A stretch of DNA of 64,000 nt from Wickerhamiella versatilis (Eukaryota). The translations under genes were made by a program, and so were the position numbers. Below are positions 22,042-33,108 of this stretch, in pieces. Position 1 is the stretch's first letter, and each line of letters begins with the position of its first letter. The notes beneath the pieces are model-generated. The model was not told where the DNA came from and searched no databases. It saw only the letters and a list, made by a program, of their open reading frames with translations. Location of the stretch: positions 3,100,001 to 3,164,000 of the forward strand of contig JAQOWU010000008.1 of NCBI GenBank assembly GCA_030867685.1, given 5' to 3'.

Positions 22042-25000
22042 ATGGGGGATAGCAGCGACTGGATCGCGTTGCGAACTATCGCGCCTTCTCCCCCATCCTC
22101 AACACCTATTGAGGAGGAAAATCATGATGCAGACCATGAATCTCATGATCTTGCACATTTCAGAAATAACATTCTTGATGTTGCACAGAGTGAAGGACGA
22201 TGGCTAGGCCCTGATCAAGCTACACAGCGAGAACGCAAGCCTAGTGCTTCTCGAAGCGATCATCTCTCGATAGATGAAAATTTACGAAAAGAAGGTTCAC
22301 GAACTCCACAGCTTCGTGTGCGTGTACCGAGTCCACAGCCACGGCTAAGAGCACCGTCTCCTGTGCAACGTGTGGTTCGCCATTTAAATGTTGTCGCGGT
22401 GCCAGATCTACAGCGCCAACCTAGTGCTCGTAGTAGCTGGGTTAATGCCGGTGAAGACTCTCCAGATTCATCTAGTGCATTGTCAGACACACCACATAGT
22501 CCATACCGGCCGGACCCGGTACTTGGCAGAACAGAACCCCCGCGAAGCAGTGGTGACACCTTTGAATACCTTCCTCCTGGGTCACCTTTAGAAGATGATG
22601 GGGTATCTGACCTGGAAAACCAGCAGAATATGGCTCTTTCAGGTAGGACCTGCTTTTATTTTGGAGTCCAAAGCAACTTACGCCGAAGTCTGATTGTGCT
22701 CCTAACGTCAAAAGGCTTTTACTATGGTAATATTGTTGTTACTCTTTTTCATATGGTATTGCTCATACTTGAAACCAGGTCCATATATGAGCCAGTCGGA
22801 GTATATGACCCGGGTTTGGGATATCAAAAAAGTTGGGTTGATATTGTATATATGGTACTTTTCTCAGTATATACATTATGGCTTGTTGCCTATTTGGTGG
22901 CTTTTGGTGGGTTCACCGTGCAATATATTTTTGGGTGGCGTGACGCAGCCGACTACACCATCCAGTATTTCCGTAATATGTTCCTGAAAAAACGTGAGAC
23001 AAGTTTCGTAAATCAACACTGCTTTTTTCGTAAAAGCTGGAATCGCGTTGAAATAGCTGGAATTATCTGTTATTGGGCCTATTTGGCTTCAGGAAAGCAT
23101 GAAGTTCACTCTCTTACACGCTTTTTAGCAGGCCTCGCACATCTCAGAGTTCTGCGTCTGTTAGATTTCTTTGAAAATACGCGAGTCGTATTGCAAGCCT
23201 TGAAAACTGCGCTTCCTTTTTTGCAAAACGTTTTTCTTTTTATTGGTTTCTTTTTGATAGTTTTTGCAATAACTGGACTTCAGTCATTCAATACCTCGCT
23301 TCAAAGACATTGTGTTTGGTTCGACCCTCAGGATGGATCAAACTATACGACTTCACAGAAATGTGGCTCATGGTTTGACGGAAGCCCAGGATCAGTAAAG
23401 AAACGTCCTTATCTTGATTCTAATATGAGGGAGGGTCTCACGGCCAAAGGTTTTACTTGTCCATTAAATTCGAAATGTATTGCTGGCACGAATCCTAGTG
23501 GAAACACCGTGAGTTTCGATAATTTTTTCAATGCACTAGAGCAGGTATTTGTGATTATGTCGGTAAACACGTACTCAGACATAATGTATGATATTATGGA
23601 CTCCGAATACCTTGTCAGTTGCCTTTTCTTTATTTCAGGTGTTCTTGTTTTGGGAATATGGCTGATGAATTTACTTGTTGCCGTAATGCTTTCCTCTTTT
23701 GCTGCTGTACGTGAGTCTATGGGGCTAAGCAAAACACGAAGCTTAGAAAAAAAAGATAATGAATGGATTTACAAAAGGAACATCATTGGGAAAGTGTACT
23801 TGTGGATCCATCCAGCGATTGCTATCTTGCCACTAGTGGACATCATCCTTCAGGCACGCATGGATTATATGAAACTTGTTCAATGGGAAATAGCTTTGGC
23901 AGTAGTCTTTTCGTGCGAGATAGTCGCAAGATTTGGCATATTTCTTCCATTCTGGCGCCACTTTTTATCAGAGTCCTGGTTTGATTGCATATTGGCACTT
24001 GCAAATATAGCTATCTTACCTTGCTATAAGACTCAAGTGTATCCTTGGCTGACGGTAATACAACTTTCTCGTGCTTATCGTTGTGTCGCGCTGTTTAAAT
24101 TTGCTCGACAATTGTGGGATCAGCTTTTTGGTGATTACATGGTGATTATCAACTTAACAGTCTTCTATTTCTCGTTAACATTTCTGACCTCTCTTATTCT
24201 GGTTAAGATTCTCAGGGGATTTTTTCCGCCCAGTGACGATGGAAATCTTGACCGTAAATCATTTTTCAGCCTGAGTGCATCATTTTTGAATATGTATCAA
24301 ATTTCTTCTACGGAAAATTGGACAGATATACTCTATAATGCAACATCAGAGGCTGGAGGTCTGGTTGAAGCAATTTGCCTGGGTATACTTTTCTGCCTCT
24401 GGCTGGCATTTTCCAATTTCGTAGTGTTGAACCTGTTTATAGCTACTATGATGGAATCAATGAGCAGCTCTGTTGCTATCAAACGCCGAGAGCAGATAAA
24501 GCAGTTCACTCGAGAACTCATGAGTTATCTTCATGCTCCATTAACTCCTAGAGGCGTCCGAGTTGTTGTTGAGCGCATGCGCGGTAAAAAAAGTGCAGAA
24601 CCGCAAATTGGTGAGAACAACGAAGTCATTCAGTCCATTGAAAGACTGTGTATGGCCGAATTCCTGGAAAAGAATGTGTTAGATGAACCGAAACCACCAC
24701 GGCGTATGACCACTTTGGCTGAACATCCATTGGGTCGGCACATTCTCAAATGGTGCAGAATCCTCTTTAGTAGGCTTCGTCCTCGCACAAAGGGGTTCCG
24801 TCAAAATATCATTGGTAACGAAGGAATGGCCTTTATCGAGAGTATGTATGGTGAAGCGCCTATAGATGATGGTGGTTCTTCGCTATTCATCTTCAGCTCT
24901 AATCACCCCATTCGTCGTTTTTGCCAGCATATATTCCCACCATCCTCTGGAATCAGATCAACCAGAATCACCCCCGGAAAGCGTACACATTCTGTTGTTA

Positions 25001-27303
25001 CTGCTCTTCTGCTCTTATTCACTGTGGCAATGGTTGTCTGTACGTGCGTCTCTACCCCATACTATTCCATGATGCAAAATGTTCACGCCGGTCAATGGCA
25101 GTGGTATCGCATAGTTAATTTAATGTTTGCGGTGATATTCTTGATCGAATTCATCATCAAGGTTGTAGCTGATGGGTTTCACTTCACACCAAATGCTTAT
25201 ACACTCAGTCCATGGAATTTGGTTGATTTAGTTGCACTTATATCAATGTGGATAACTTTTATTGACGATACCGTGGGCGGGCCGGTATCTCGTTATTCTC
25301 GTGGATTTATGGCTTTTCGTGCTCTCAGACTAATTTCTTTTACAAGCCGAACTGATTCTGTATTCCGAGCAATGATAACCATGGACTGGAAGAATGTTGT
25401 TGCAGCAGTACTTATTTCGCTTTCTCTTGTTATTCCATATTCGATTTGGGGCATGAATCTATTCGCAGATAGGCTTGAGTACTGTAACGATTCAGACATT
25501 CGCAACCTTAATGACTGCATGTATGAATATCGTGCGAGTCCTTACAATTGGGATATATGGGCGCCAAGGGCTACTGTTGAGCCATATTTCAATTACAATT
25601 CATTCGGAAGTGCCCTGTTAATTCAGTTTGGCGTACTTTCACTTGAAGGTTGGGTTGATGTTATGGATGCAGTCACATCGATTGTGGGTATAGAAAATAA
25701 CGAGATTAGCTTCACCTCGCCTGGAAATGCGGCATACCCCGTTCTTTACTGTTTCCTTGGTACTGTCCTAATCATGACTATGTTCATCGCTATTGTGATT
25801 CGCAATTATACTGTGGCCTCCGGCACTGCATTTCTTACAAAAGATCAAATTGCTTGGAGAGATATCAAACGAACACTCAGGATATACAAGCCTATGCCAA
25901 AACCACCTGTCTATCCAGAAGGGTCTGCACGCAGATTTCTACTCAATGGATTTGGCTCATACGGTTGTCTTTCTATTCTCGAGATATTGCTATTAGCGAT
26001 TCTCACAATTTTGTTCGCGGTTTACTTTGGTTCTCTTTCACCAGCGACGGAGAAATCGTTTTTCATCGCTTTACTAGTATGTGGTTTAGCTCTCACGGCA
26101 CTGTGTGTGATTCGCTTTCTTGTGATGAAACGACGTCTATTTATTTCAACATGGTGGAATGTTTTTGGCCTACTTGTATTGCTACTTTTTGATTGCAGTA
26201 CGATTAGCATACTTTCATATGGTAACAAGCCAAAACCATCGGCACAAAATTTGAGTCGAGTTTCATGTATACTTACTTTGACGCTTTGGATTCCTCGGGT
26301 AACGAGTTTAAAACGCCTTATCTCTGTGCTTGGTGCTTGTATTCAGGATATAGTGGCGCTTCTTGCAACATGGTTGACATTTTTCCTTGCTTATGCCATT
26401 GCATTCAACCAAAGTTTCGGACTGACGAAATTAGGTGAAAACTCGACTCAAAACCAAAATTTCCGAACAGTCCCAAAAGCACTCATCTTGCTGTTCAGGA
26501 TGAGTACTGGTGAAGGTTGGAACGAAGTCATGGAAGATTTCACGATATCATCCCCTTATTGCTATGAAGTTGTAAAAGCTGGTAACTCGACTTCCAGCGA
26601 GTGCGGCAATGCAGCACTAGCTTATTTTTTGTTTATTACGTGGAATGTCTTGTCAATGTACATTTTTGCTAATCTCCTGATCTCACTTATTGTTGAAAGT
26701 TTCTGGTATCTTTTTCAGCATACACCGCTGTCAGGTCAAAGAGAAGTAGACATTAAAAACTTTTTGAAGCTTTGGCAAGAATATGATCCCCATGCGACAG
26801 GTTATATTCCATTGCGTAGCTTTCCAGACTTTCTCAGTCGATGCACGGGTTACTTTGAAATGGGTATTTATAGCATAGACCCGCATTACAGCGTTTTTAA
26901 AATTGTGAACGCTCTGCCCATTCCCCGACTTGGTGACCCATATAATCTTGATGGACAGGCTCTAATCCGATACTTGGATAATCTACCTGTTGAAGAGATT
27001 CGCAAGCGACGCGAATTGTATGAACTTTTCTGCATGCATGTCAAAGTAACTGCTGATAGCCAGGGTGTTTCATTCAGAAGACTTTTGAAGCTCTTTCCTA
27101 TGTATAAGGATCTTGATCCCTCTAAGGTTTTGACATTACCGGAATTTTTAAGGCTCAAGATCGACCTATACAATGCCCGAATGCACTTAGCTACCGACTT
27201 GCTCATTCGAAAGTGGCGTGCTAGACATGGGGCTGGCGAAAGCTCTGGCTCTACATTGGGATCTCCCGAGACAGAAAGCGATAAGTCCATGACCTTGATT
27301 TAA
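22042..27303 (+). CDS. CCH1: Four-domain calcium channel alpha subunit
   Basis: Four TM repeats; pore loops MSVNTYSD, SSTENWTD, LSLEGWVD and STGEGWNE give the N/E/E/E filter typical of fungal Cch1. Confidence 0.95.
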   Translation: MGDSSDWIALRTIAPSPPSSTPIEEENHDADHESHDLAHFRNNILDVAQSEGRWLGPDQATQRERKPSASRSDHLSIDENLRKEGSRTPQLRVRVPSPQPRLRAPSPVQRVVRHLNVVAVPDLQRQPSARSSWVNAGEDSPDSSSALSDTPHSPYRPDPVLGRTEPPRSSGDTFEYLPPGSPLEDDGVSDLENQQNMALSGRTCFYFGVQSNLRRSLIVLLTSKGFYYGNIVVTLFHMVLLILETRSIYEPVGVYDPGLGYQKSWVDIVYMVLFSVYTLWLVAYLVAFGGFTVQYIFGWRDAADYTIQYFRNMFLKKRETSFVNQHCFFRKSWNRVEIAGIICYWAYLASGKHEVHSLTRFLAGLAHLRVLRLLDFFENTRVVLQALKTALPFLQNVFLFIGFFLIVFAITGLQSFNTSLQRHCVWFDPQDGSNYTTSQKCGSWFDGSPGSVKKRPYLDSNMREGLTAKGFTCPLNSKCIAGTNPSGNTVSFDNFFNALEQVFVIMSVNTYSDIMYDIMDSEYLVSCLFFISGVLVLGIWLMNLLVAVMLSSFAAVRESMGLSKTRSLEKKDNEWIYKRNIIGKVYLWIHPAIAILPLVDIILQARMDYMKLVQWEIALAVVFSCEIVARFGIFLPFWRHFLSESWFDCILALANIAILPCYKTQVYPWLTVIQLSRAYRCVALFKFARQLWDQLFGDYMVIINLTVFYFSLTFLTSLILVKILRGFFPPSDDGNLDRKSFFSLSASFLNMYQISSTENWTDILYNATSEAGGLVEAICLGILFCLWLAFSNFVVLNLFIATMMESMSSSVAIKRREQIKQFTRELMSYLHAPLTPRGVRVVVERMRGKKSAEPQIGENNEVIQSIERLCMAEFLEKNVLDEPKPPRRMTTLAEHPLGRHILKWCRILFSRLRPRTKGFRQNIIGNEGMAFIESMYGEAPIDDGGSSLFIFSSNHPIRRFCQHIFPPSSGIRSTRITPGKRTHSVVTALLLLFTVAMVVCTCVSTPYYSMMQNVHAGQWQWYRIVNLMFAVIFLIEFIIKVVADGFHFTPNAYTLSPWNLVDLVALISMWITFIDDTVGGPVSRYSRGFMAFRALRLISFTSRTDSVFRAMITMDWKNVVAAVLISLSLVIPYSIWGMNLFADRLEYCNDSDIRNLNDCMYEYRASPYNWDIWAPRATVEPYFNYNSFGSALLIQFGVLSLEGWVDVMDAVTSIVGIENNEISFTSPGNAAYPVLYCFLGTVLIMTMFIAIVIRNYTVASGTAFLTKDQIAWRDIKRTLRIYKPMPKPPVYPEGSARRFLLNGFGSYGCLSILEILLLAILTILFAVYFGSLSPATEKSFFIALLVCGLALTALCVIRFLVMKRRLFISTWWNVFGLLVLLLFDCSTISILSYGNKPKPSAQNLSRVSCILTLTLWIPRVTSLKRLISVLGACIQDIVALLATWLTFFLAYAIAFNQSFGLTKLGENSTQNQNFRTVPKALILLFRMSTGEGWNEVMEDFTISSPYCYEVVKAGNSTSSECGNAALAYFLFITWNVLSMYIFANLLISLIVESFWYLFQHTPLSGQREVDIKNFLKLWQEYDPHATGYIPLRSFPDFLSRCTGYFEMGIYSIDPHYSVFKIVNALPIPRLGDPYNLDGQALIRYLDNLPVEEIRKRRELYELFCMHVKVTADSQGVSFRRLLKLFPMYKDLDPSKVLTLPEFLRLKIDLYNARMHLATDLLIRKWRARHGAGESSGSTLGSPETESDKSMTLI

Positions 27304-27396
27304 AGATGCTTTAACCCGGCATATTCCACCTTATTTATTATTTAAAGATTTGAATTTTTTATGCAATTATGTATGTATAGAGTAGATTGCATACCT

Positions 27397-27735
27397 TTAC
27401 CGACGTTTCTTTGGATCAACTTCGCGTTTCTCCTTAAGTTTTTTCGGAGCACCTTTTCCTTTGCGTTTCAAGTGTTCCACACGCATCACACGCTGATATT
27501 CCTGAGGATCAAAACAGTTCATCCCATCGAGCTTATGATTTAATTGTTTCGGTGTTGGAATAAGTTTCAAAGAGGGATAGTAGTAATCCTTGAGCAGCGG
27601 GCCCTTGAGAGGCTTCTTGAGGACCTGAGTACCAATGCGTCTTCTTTCAGGATTATATGGTTGGCCAAAAATCCAGCATCGAAGCTTGTATAACTCCTTC
27701 AGGCGTCCCGAAGGAGGCGGTGCTGCTATCCGCAT
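27397..27735 (-). CDS. RSM27: Mitochondrial small ribosomal subunit protein mS33
   Basis: IFGQPYNPERRRIGTQVLKKPLKGP..DYYYP and RKGKGAPKK; first ATG at 27735. Confidence 0.9.
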   Translation of the reverse strand: MRIAAPPPSGRLKELYKLRCWIFGQPYNPERRRIGTQVLKKPLKGPLLKDYYYPSLKLIPTPKQLNHKLDGMNCFDPQEYQRVMRVEHLKRKGKGAPKKLKEKREVDPKKRR

Positions 27736-27852
27736 TAAGATGACTAAACAAGTGGTTTTCACAGGATCATTATCATCATTGCGAAACAGACCAACCCAAT
27801 GTTAAGATTGTTCTCTTCCCTAATATTGGTTTTTTCATTTTAAGAATCCCGG

Positions 27853-29100
27853 ATGGCAAATAAGCTAAATTACGTATTTAAACTTAGTTCGGTATTATTA
27901 TATCTTCATGTTGCCAGGAATATTTCGTGGCAACGTTTCATGGCAACATCACTACGGTTTCATCCACACCCCCATAATAAAGATGGTCATCATGTTCATA
28001 TTTTCGGCAACCAGGTTGTTCATTTCTCACTTATAGGCTTGCATCATCATGAGAAAAGAGACGCTATTATTTTAGAAAAAAAACAAACCATCCAGCATCC
28101 TTGGCTTAATGCATTAGTTAGAAAATTGCTGCATCATTCCACCCTTGCTGATGCTAATATGGTACATATCAGGGCGCCTCGTTACCACTTACCTCAGCAA
28201 GCCGTGGAGATGTCTACAGTGGAATCGTTGGCCCCTGGAACCACGGGCACCGTAACAGATGATCCCATAGCACGTCAAAAAGTATGGGAAATTCTCAGGA
28301 AACAGGAAGAGGAGGAGAAGAAAAAGGAAACTCAAGGATCGGGGTTAGTTAGTGCGGGGCATTGGGTTTGGTATTTAGGCCATCTCTACGTTGTATTTGC
28401 GGCGTTGCCTTCGCTTTTCGCGTGTATAACTTACCATGGCTCCTATGGTAAAGGAGGCCTTATCTATAAGTCCTTTTTCTCTGCAACCTGCATCACTTAC
28501 ACGTTATCCTTAGTCCACGCGTTGGACGGTGAAACCCCAGGATTTTACTCTCTTCTGCCCCTCAGAACATTCCAGTATGGCTTCTTGTCTTTCCTCTGGA
28601 TTTGGACGTGGCCGCATGCTATCAAGATACTGCCATTTGCCCTTTACTCATTGCTGCACGTATCTGAGTTCGCCAAAAACTATCTATCTCGCACTGGTAA
28701 GCATACTGGTACGATATTCCATGGCTTGGCGGATCACTTTGGCCCGCAAGCTGCCCAAGTAATTGCTTATCTCGATATGGTCATGTTGTTGCAACTGATT
28801 TGGGATTTTATTCTTATCCGCAGAGGAGCCGTGGTATCATTGATTGTGTTTGGATTCTTTTATCGAATTCAGCTAATGTATTCTGCAATTAGTTACAATG
28901 CATTCAAAGATGTATATTCTCGTGTAGATGCACAGCTTTCGAAACCCTCAATGCCAAAGTCTATCCAACAGCCTTGGATTCGGCTGCGGAATCGTATCGA
29001 AGAGTCCCGTGCAAGGAACTCGCAGCTTTATGCGAAAGATGTGTCTGAAGCCATTGAGCAAGAGAACTTGGAGGCTAGCGAGCATGCGAACGAATCTTAA
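27853..29100 (+). CDS. Pom33/Per33 (TMEM33)-like membrane protein with a long His-rich N-terminal extension; start uncertain
   Basis: WYLGHLYVV..YKSFFSATCITYTLSL..TFQYGFLSFLW..LPFALYSLLHV resembles the TMEM33/Pom33 core. Alternative ATGs at 27940, 28159 and 28210. Confidence 0.7.
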   Translation: MANKLNYVFKLSSVLLYLHVARNISWQRFMATSLRFHPHPHNKDGHHVHIFGNQVVHFSLIGLHHHEKRDAIILEKKQTIQHPWLNALVRKLLHHSTLADANMVHIRAPRYHLPQQAVEMSTVESLAPGTTGTVTDDPIARQKVWEILRKQEEEEKKKETQGSGLVSAGHWVWYLGHLYVVFAALPSLFACITYHGSYGKGGLIYKSFFSATCITYTLSLVHALDGETPGFYSLLPLRTFQYGFLSFLWIWTWPHAIKILPFALYSLLHVSEFAKNYLSRTGKHTGTIFHGLADHFGPQAAQVIAYLDMVMLLQLIWDFILIRRGAVVSLIVFGFFYRIQLMYSAISYNAFKDVYSRVDAQLSKPSMPKSIQQPWIRLRNRIEESRARNSQLYAKDVSEAIEQENLEASEHANES

Positions 29101-29246
29101 GGGTTTGCTGGGCTCTAACAAACCGGTTTTTTGTGCTATACTTATGCCTGAAATCTAAATTGGCGATCGCGCCAGAAATTATATTGATAGACGTTTATAT
29201 CCAACCCTAGAATTATGTATTTGCGTTTCGTAAGTCTTCATTACAA

Positions 29247-31208
29247 TTACATCTGCCTTAGAAGTGACGCCAGCTTCTGCTTCCAGTCTTCTGTTGCATT
29301 GGACGATGCTTCACGTACCAGGTTTTGCAGCTTTTGTTGCCATCCTGGACATGCTTTACTGCCTTCTATGCGGCCTTCACAATCCCCATATCGTGAATAC
29401 GCATCTCCTAGAATGTAGGCATATTCCGGTAGACGATCCTGAGCATGTTCGACAGCTTTTTCATAATCCAATATAGTGGCCCAGAATCTTCCACGCCATT
29501 CTTCCACCTTACCTGCAGTTCTCCAAACAGCAGCGTTATGGGGTTGATGCTGAGGCAAGCTGCCAGCAGCTAGATCGCAAAAGGTTACTTGAGTATGTGA
29601 TGCAGCGTAAGGCTCGCTGGTAAGGGCTAGCGTGAGCTCTTGGACCAGGACTGGTGGCACACTTTCCGGTGGTATTTGCTTGATTCCCACTAGAACATCC
29701 TGCCATTCACCTAAACGAGCTGCGACGGACACATAGTTGGCCAGGATTCGGGGCGACGCCTGCTGGTTTGAATCAACTGCTAAAGCCTGCCGTAAAGCCT
29801 GCAATGCCTGGCTGTACTGGCCCAATTGAGTGTAAGCTGAAGCTAAATTGGACCAGCTTTTTGGATCATCGTTGCAGATACGAACACAGGATGTAAATAG
29901 CTGTGTCGCTTTCTCCCAGTTTCCCTCTTCCATAGCCACAATTCCTAGAGTGAATAGGGTCTGGTGGTTTTGAGGGTCTCTGTCTAGAGACAGGTTCAGC
30001 CAGTATGACGCGTTAGTGAGATCTTTCTTTTTTAGTGCATGGCTTCCAAGAGACAATGCCGCAGGTACATATTTCCCGACATTCCAAGCTTTCTCCCAAT
30101 ACTCTGGGTTTTGCGTAAGGTCTCCTCTTATAGAGAGCTGGCGAGCACTTGACGGATCCGCATGAGCATCTAAAATCGAAAGACCTTTCTGTGCTTGTCC
30201 AACCAGTCCACAACAAACAGCTGCATCTGGCCACATATGAAGTTTTTCATATACATTTATTGCGTCTTTGAACAGGCCGAGGGTCATAAATTGCTTTACC
30301 AGCAATTGCCACAATCCCCACTTGGGCAATGGTATCACACTATGAAATAGAGAACTATTTCCACCTTCTGTCAAAGCATCTGACAATGCTTTAAGCTGTA
30401 GGGCAGCTCGCTCTATAGTGTGAACAGACTCTAACTCAAGAAGAGAGGACCGTTCCCATAGTGCCCTAAAAAGCACACACCAATCACCTCTGGCTTGTGT
30501 TAGGCAGACACGCTGAATATAGCAGCCATACTGCTGTTGAGCCATGGTATCATTGTGGGGATTCTCTCTCTGTATAAGATTTGAACGCAAAAGAAGAAGT
30601 GCTGCATCCAAATCATCCAATTGCTGCTCCTCAGGACCATCCATATCTGGTTTTTCGAAGAGAAGTGATGAATTATGCTCTACTGTTTTTATGTTGTTTT
30701 CACTCTCTTTCTTGGGCTGGAAACTACAAGCACTTTTTGCTTTGACAACAAGTACCAATCTCCCCTCGTCTTGGTGCTTTGTCGCCCGTACCTGAGCTCC
30801 AGTGACCTCCACATGAAAATTGTTCAGCTGGGCGGCCATATTGAGCCACTCATCAGCCTCCGAAGTTTCGTCAAATATTAAATGGGCCCGAGCTACTTCA
30901 AGACAGGCCTCTACTTTGCTGATTTTTCTTGTCTCTAGGTTCTCATGTCCATAGAAGCCAAAAGCAATATCATGGAGAGTATCGGTTGGATACTCTAGGA
31001 GAGACTGGTGAATCACCGCTGCCCGAGCACGAACGAGAGGGTCGGGAGACCGCTCAGCTTCCAAGAGAAGATCAGGCCTCTGCACCAGTTCGGACACCTT
31101 CTGTCCCTCTACGTCTAGTATATCCTTTGGATAACTTCTGGTTTCATCCTCTCCCAGCAAGGGGCCAGTATAATTCAAGCGAATGAACTCGTCCAGCGCC
31201 TGAAACAT
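29247..31208 (-). CDS. EMW1: TPR protein of the TTC27/Emw1 family
   Basis: FIRLNYTGP, RATKHQ, RALWERS..LE..HTIERAALQL, AINVYEKLHMW, EYWEKAW, KSWSNLASAY TPR repeats. Confidence 0.8.
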   Translation of the reverse strand: MFQALDEFIRLNYTGPLLGEDETRSYPKDILDVEGQKVSELVQRPDLLLEAERSPDPLVRARAAVIHQSLLEYPTDTLHDIAFGFYGHENLETRKISKVEACLEVARAHLIFDETSEADEWLNMAAQLNNFHVEVTGAQVRATKHQDEGRLVLVVKAKSACSFQPKKESENNIKTVEHNSSLLFEKPDMDGPEEQQLDDLDAALLLLRSNLIQRENPHNDTMAQQQYGCYIQRVCLTQARGDWCVLFRALWERSSLLELESVHTIERAALQLKALSDALTEGGNSSLFHSVIPLPKWGLWQLLVKQFMTLGLFKDAINVYEKLHMWPDAAVCCGLVGQAQKGLSILDAHADPSSARQLSIRGDLTQNPEYWEKAWNVGKYVPAALSLGSHALKKKDLTNASYWLNLSLDRDPQNHQTLFTLGIVAMEEGNWEKATQLFTSCVRICNDDPKSWSNLASAYTQLGQYSQALQALRQALAVDSNQQASPRILANYVSVAARLGEWQDVLVGIKQIPPESVPPVLVQELTLALTSEPYAASHTQVTFCDLAAGSLPQHQPHNAAVWRTAGKVEEWRGRFWATILDYEKAVEHAQDRLPEYAYILGDAYSRYGDCEGRIEGSKACPGWQQKLQNLVREASSNATEDWKQKLASLLRQM

Positions 31209-31441
31209 TCAATACCTTATGAAATTTATTTTGATGTTAGGGTTATTTATCACATCTATATTGATTTTGCCTCGAAAGCAGAATTGAATAATTTAAATTT
31301 GCTAGCTGTTGTCCTGAACAATATAGAGCCTGGGCTCAATTGACTGCATGTTCACAAATAGCATTCGCTTAAAACCCACGTGCGTGACTAACATTTTATT
31401 TTCACACTCTCGAAATAGTAGCCACCCAGGAATGGTGAACA

Positions 31442-33025
31442 ATGTCCTTAGCAGAAGAGGACAAATCACAGAGACGCAATTCAGGGAAATTTAAGTTCTC
31501 TCGGCGTTTGACCCAGAACAGCGTCGACAGCGACAGCAGCCCTAGTGAGGAGAAGACCAACAGCAGGCGACCCCGGGGGTTTTCACGCTCCTCTGCTCGT
31601 AGTGTACAAAGCGATGCGATTAGTTTTGGAACTGTGGATCATTCTGCTGCCCATGCGTCCAGGAAAAGCAATGCAGATGATAGCGATGTCGAATCGTCCA
31701 ATGGCTCTCTGGGGCAAACAGAGGAGGACGTGTGGTTTCCTATTGACAATTCCCATCGCGATGATGTGAAGGTATCTGAATTAGATCAATTGTTAAATTT
31801 GAGCAGCGAGTCTGACGTAGACCGCAAAGAGGAGGAGGATGAAGCGCCACCCCGGGACGAGACGCAGGAGGAAATTCCAACAGAAGAGCCCAAGACTCCG
31901 CTTTCCCGCCAGGATACCAATAGTACGACGGAAGAAAACCGAACCAATGCAGATGGTGAAGATGTTTCTAATGAAAGTTTACGTTTCTCTTTTTTTGCAA
32001 GCAAGATGGATGCCACTGTGCATGCCCCTGACCTAGGAAGTCTTGTTGACGACAACGAAAGCTTTACATCTCTATTTAATGACAAGCATGGTGATTGGTG
32101 GCTAGACTGCTATTGTCCAACCCCTTTAGAAATGAAAATTCTAGCCCGTGCTTTCGGTATTCATCCTTTGACTGCAGAAGATATTCGCATGGGCGAATCG
32201 CGGGAGAAGTTTGAAATGTTCCGCAAATACTATTTTGTGGTATACAATACTTTTGAAAATGACCCCAAGGAAGAAAATTTTATGGAGCCAATTCAATTTT
32301 ATTTGGTCGTTTTTTCTGGAGGTGTTTTATCATTTCATTTCCATCCAGTCACACACTGCCGCAACGTACGAAAACGGATGAGGCAGCTACGTGACTATGT
32401 TAATGTCACGTCAGATTGGATTGCTTATGCTGTAATCGACGACATTACGGATTCGTTCGCACCGGTAATCCATGGTATCGAGCATGAGGTTGATTGGGTA
32501 GAGGAGACCGTATATGTTCATTCCCACGAGGCAGATACTAAACTTGTATTAGCACGGTTGGGAGAATCTAGGAGAAAAACAATGATGATGATGAGACTAC
32601 TCAGTGGCAAGTCTGATGTAGTCAGAGGATTTGCGAAGCGCTGTTCTGAGGCGCCGAATGCTCCATCAGAGGAAATGGCACTCTATCTTGGTGACATTCT
32701 GGACCATCTTGCAACTATGTATCAAAGTTTGTCGTCTTTTGAGAATATCCTTGGACGCTCGCACTTCAACTATATGGGTCTTCTTCAAATGGAATTTGTC
32801 GACTCCAGCAACAGAATGACTACAGTCCTAGGAAAAGTGACCGTTCTTGGTACGATCCTTGTCCCAATGAATCTGGTCACAGGTATGTTCGGCATGAATG
32901 TCAAAGTTCCAGGGCAGGACGGTTCAAATCTAGGATGGTTCTTCGGGATCCTAGGATTTATTCTCTTCTTGATAGTTAGCCTTTCAGTTCTGGGCACAAT
33001 ATACTTTCGCCATATTTCGAAATAA
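31442..33025 (+). CDS. ALR1: CorA-family Mg2+ transporter (Alr1-like)
   Basis: EEDVWFP, WWLDCYCPT, AFGIHPLTAEDI, DWIAYAVIDDITDSF, GMFGMNVKVPG (GMN motif) and two C-terminal TMs. Confidence 0.85.
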   Translation: MSLAEEDKSQRRNSGKFKFSRRLTQNSVDSDSSPSEEKTNSRRPRGFSRSSARSVQSDAISFGTVDHSAAHASRKSNADDSDVESSNGSLGQTEEDVWFPIDNSHRDDVKVSELDQLLNLSSESDVDRKEEEDEAPPRDETQEEIPTEEPKTPLSRQDTNSTTEENRTNADGEDVSNESLRFSFFASKMDATVHAPDLGSLVDDNESFTSLFNDKHGDWWLDCYCPTPLEMKILARAFGIHPLTAEDIRMGESREKFEMFRKYYFVVYNTFENDPKEENFMEPIQFYLVVFSGGVLSFHFHPVTHCRNVRKRMRQLRDYVNVTSDWIAYAVIDDITDSFAPVIHGIEHEVDWVEETVYVHSHEADTKLVLARLGESRRKTMMMMRLLSGKSDVVRGFAKRCSEAPNAPSEEMALYLGDILDHLATMYQSLSSFENILGRSHFNYMGLLQMEFVDSSNRMTTVLGKVTVLGTILVPMNLVTGMFGMNVKVPGQDGSNLGWFFGILGFILFLIVSLSVLGTIYFRHISK

Positions 33026-33108
33026 TGAATATCACTACTTTTTTGTGACGTTTCACTTAATTAACTAAGAGTAATTTTGGTGTATAATCTGATAGTTTAA
33101 TGCAACAA

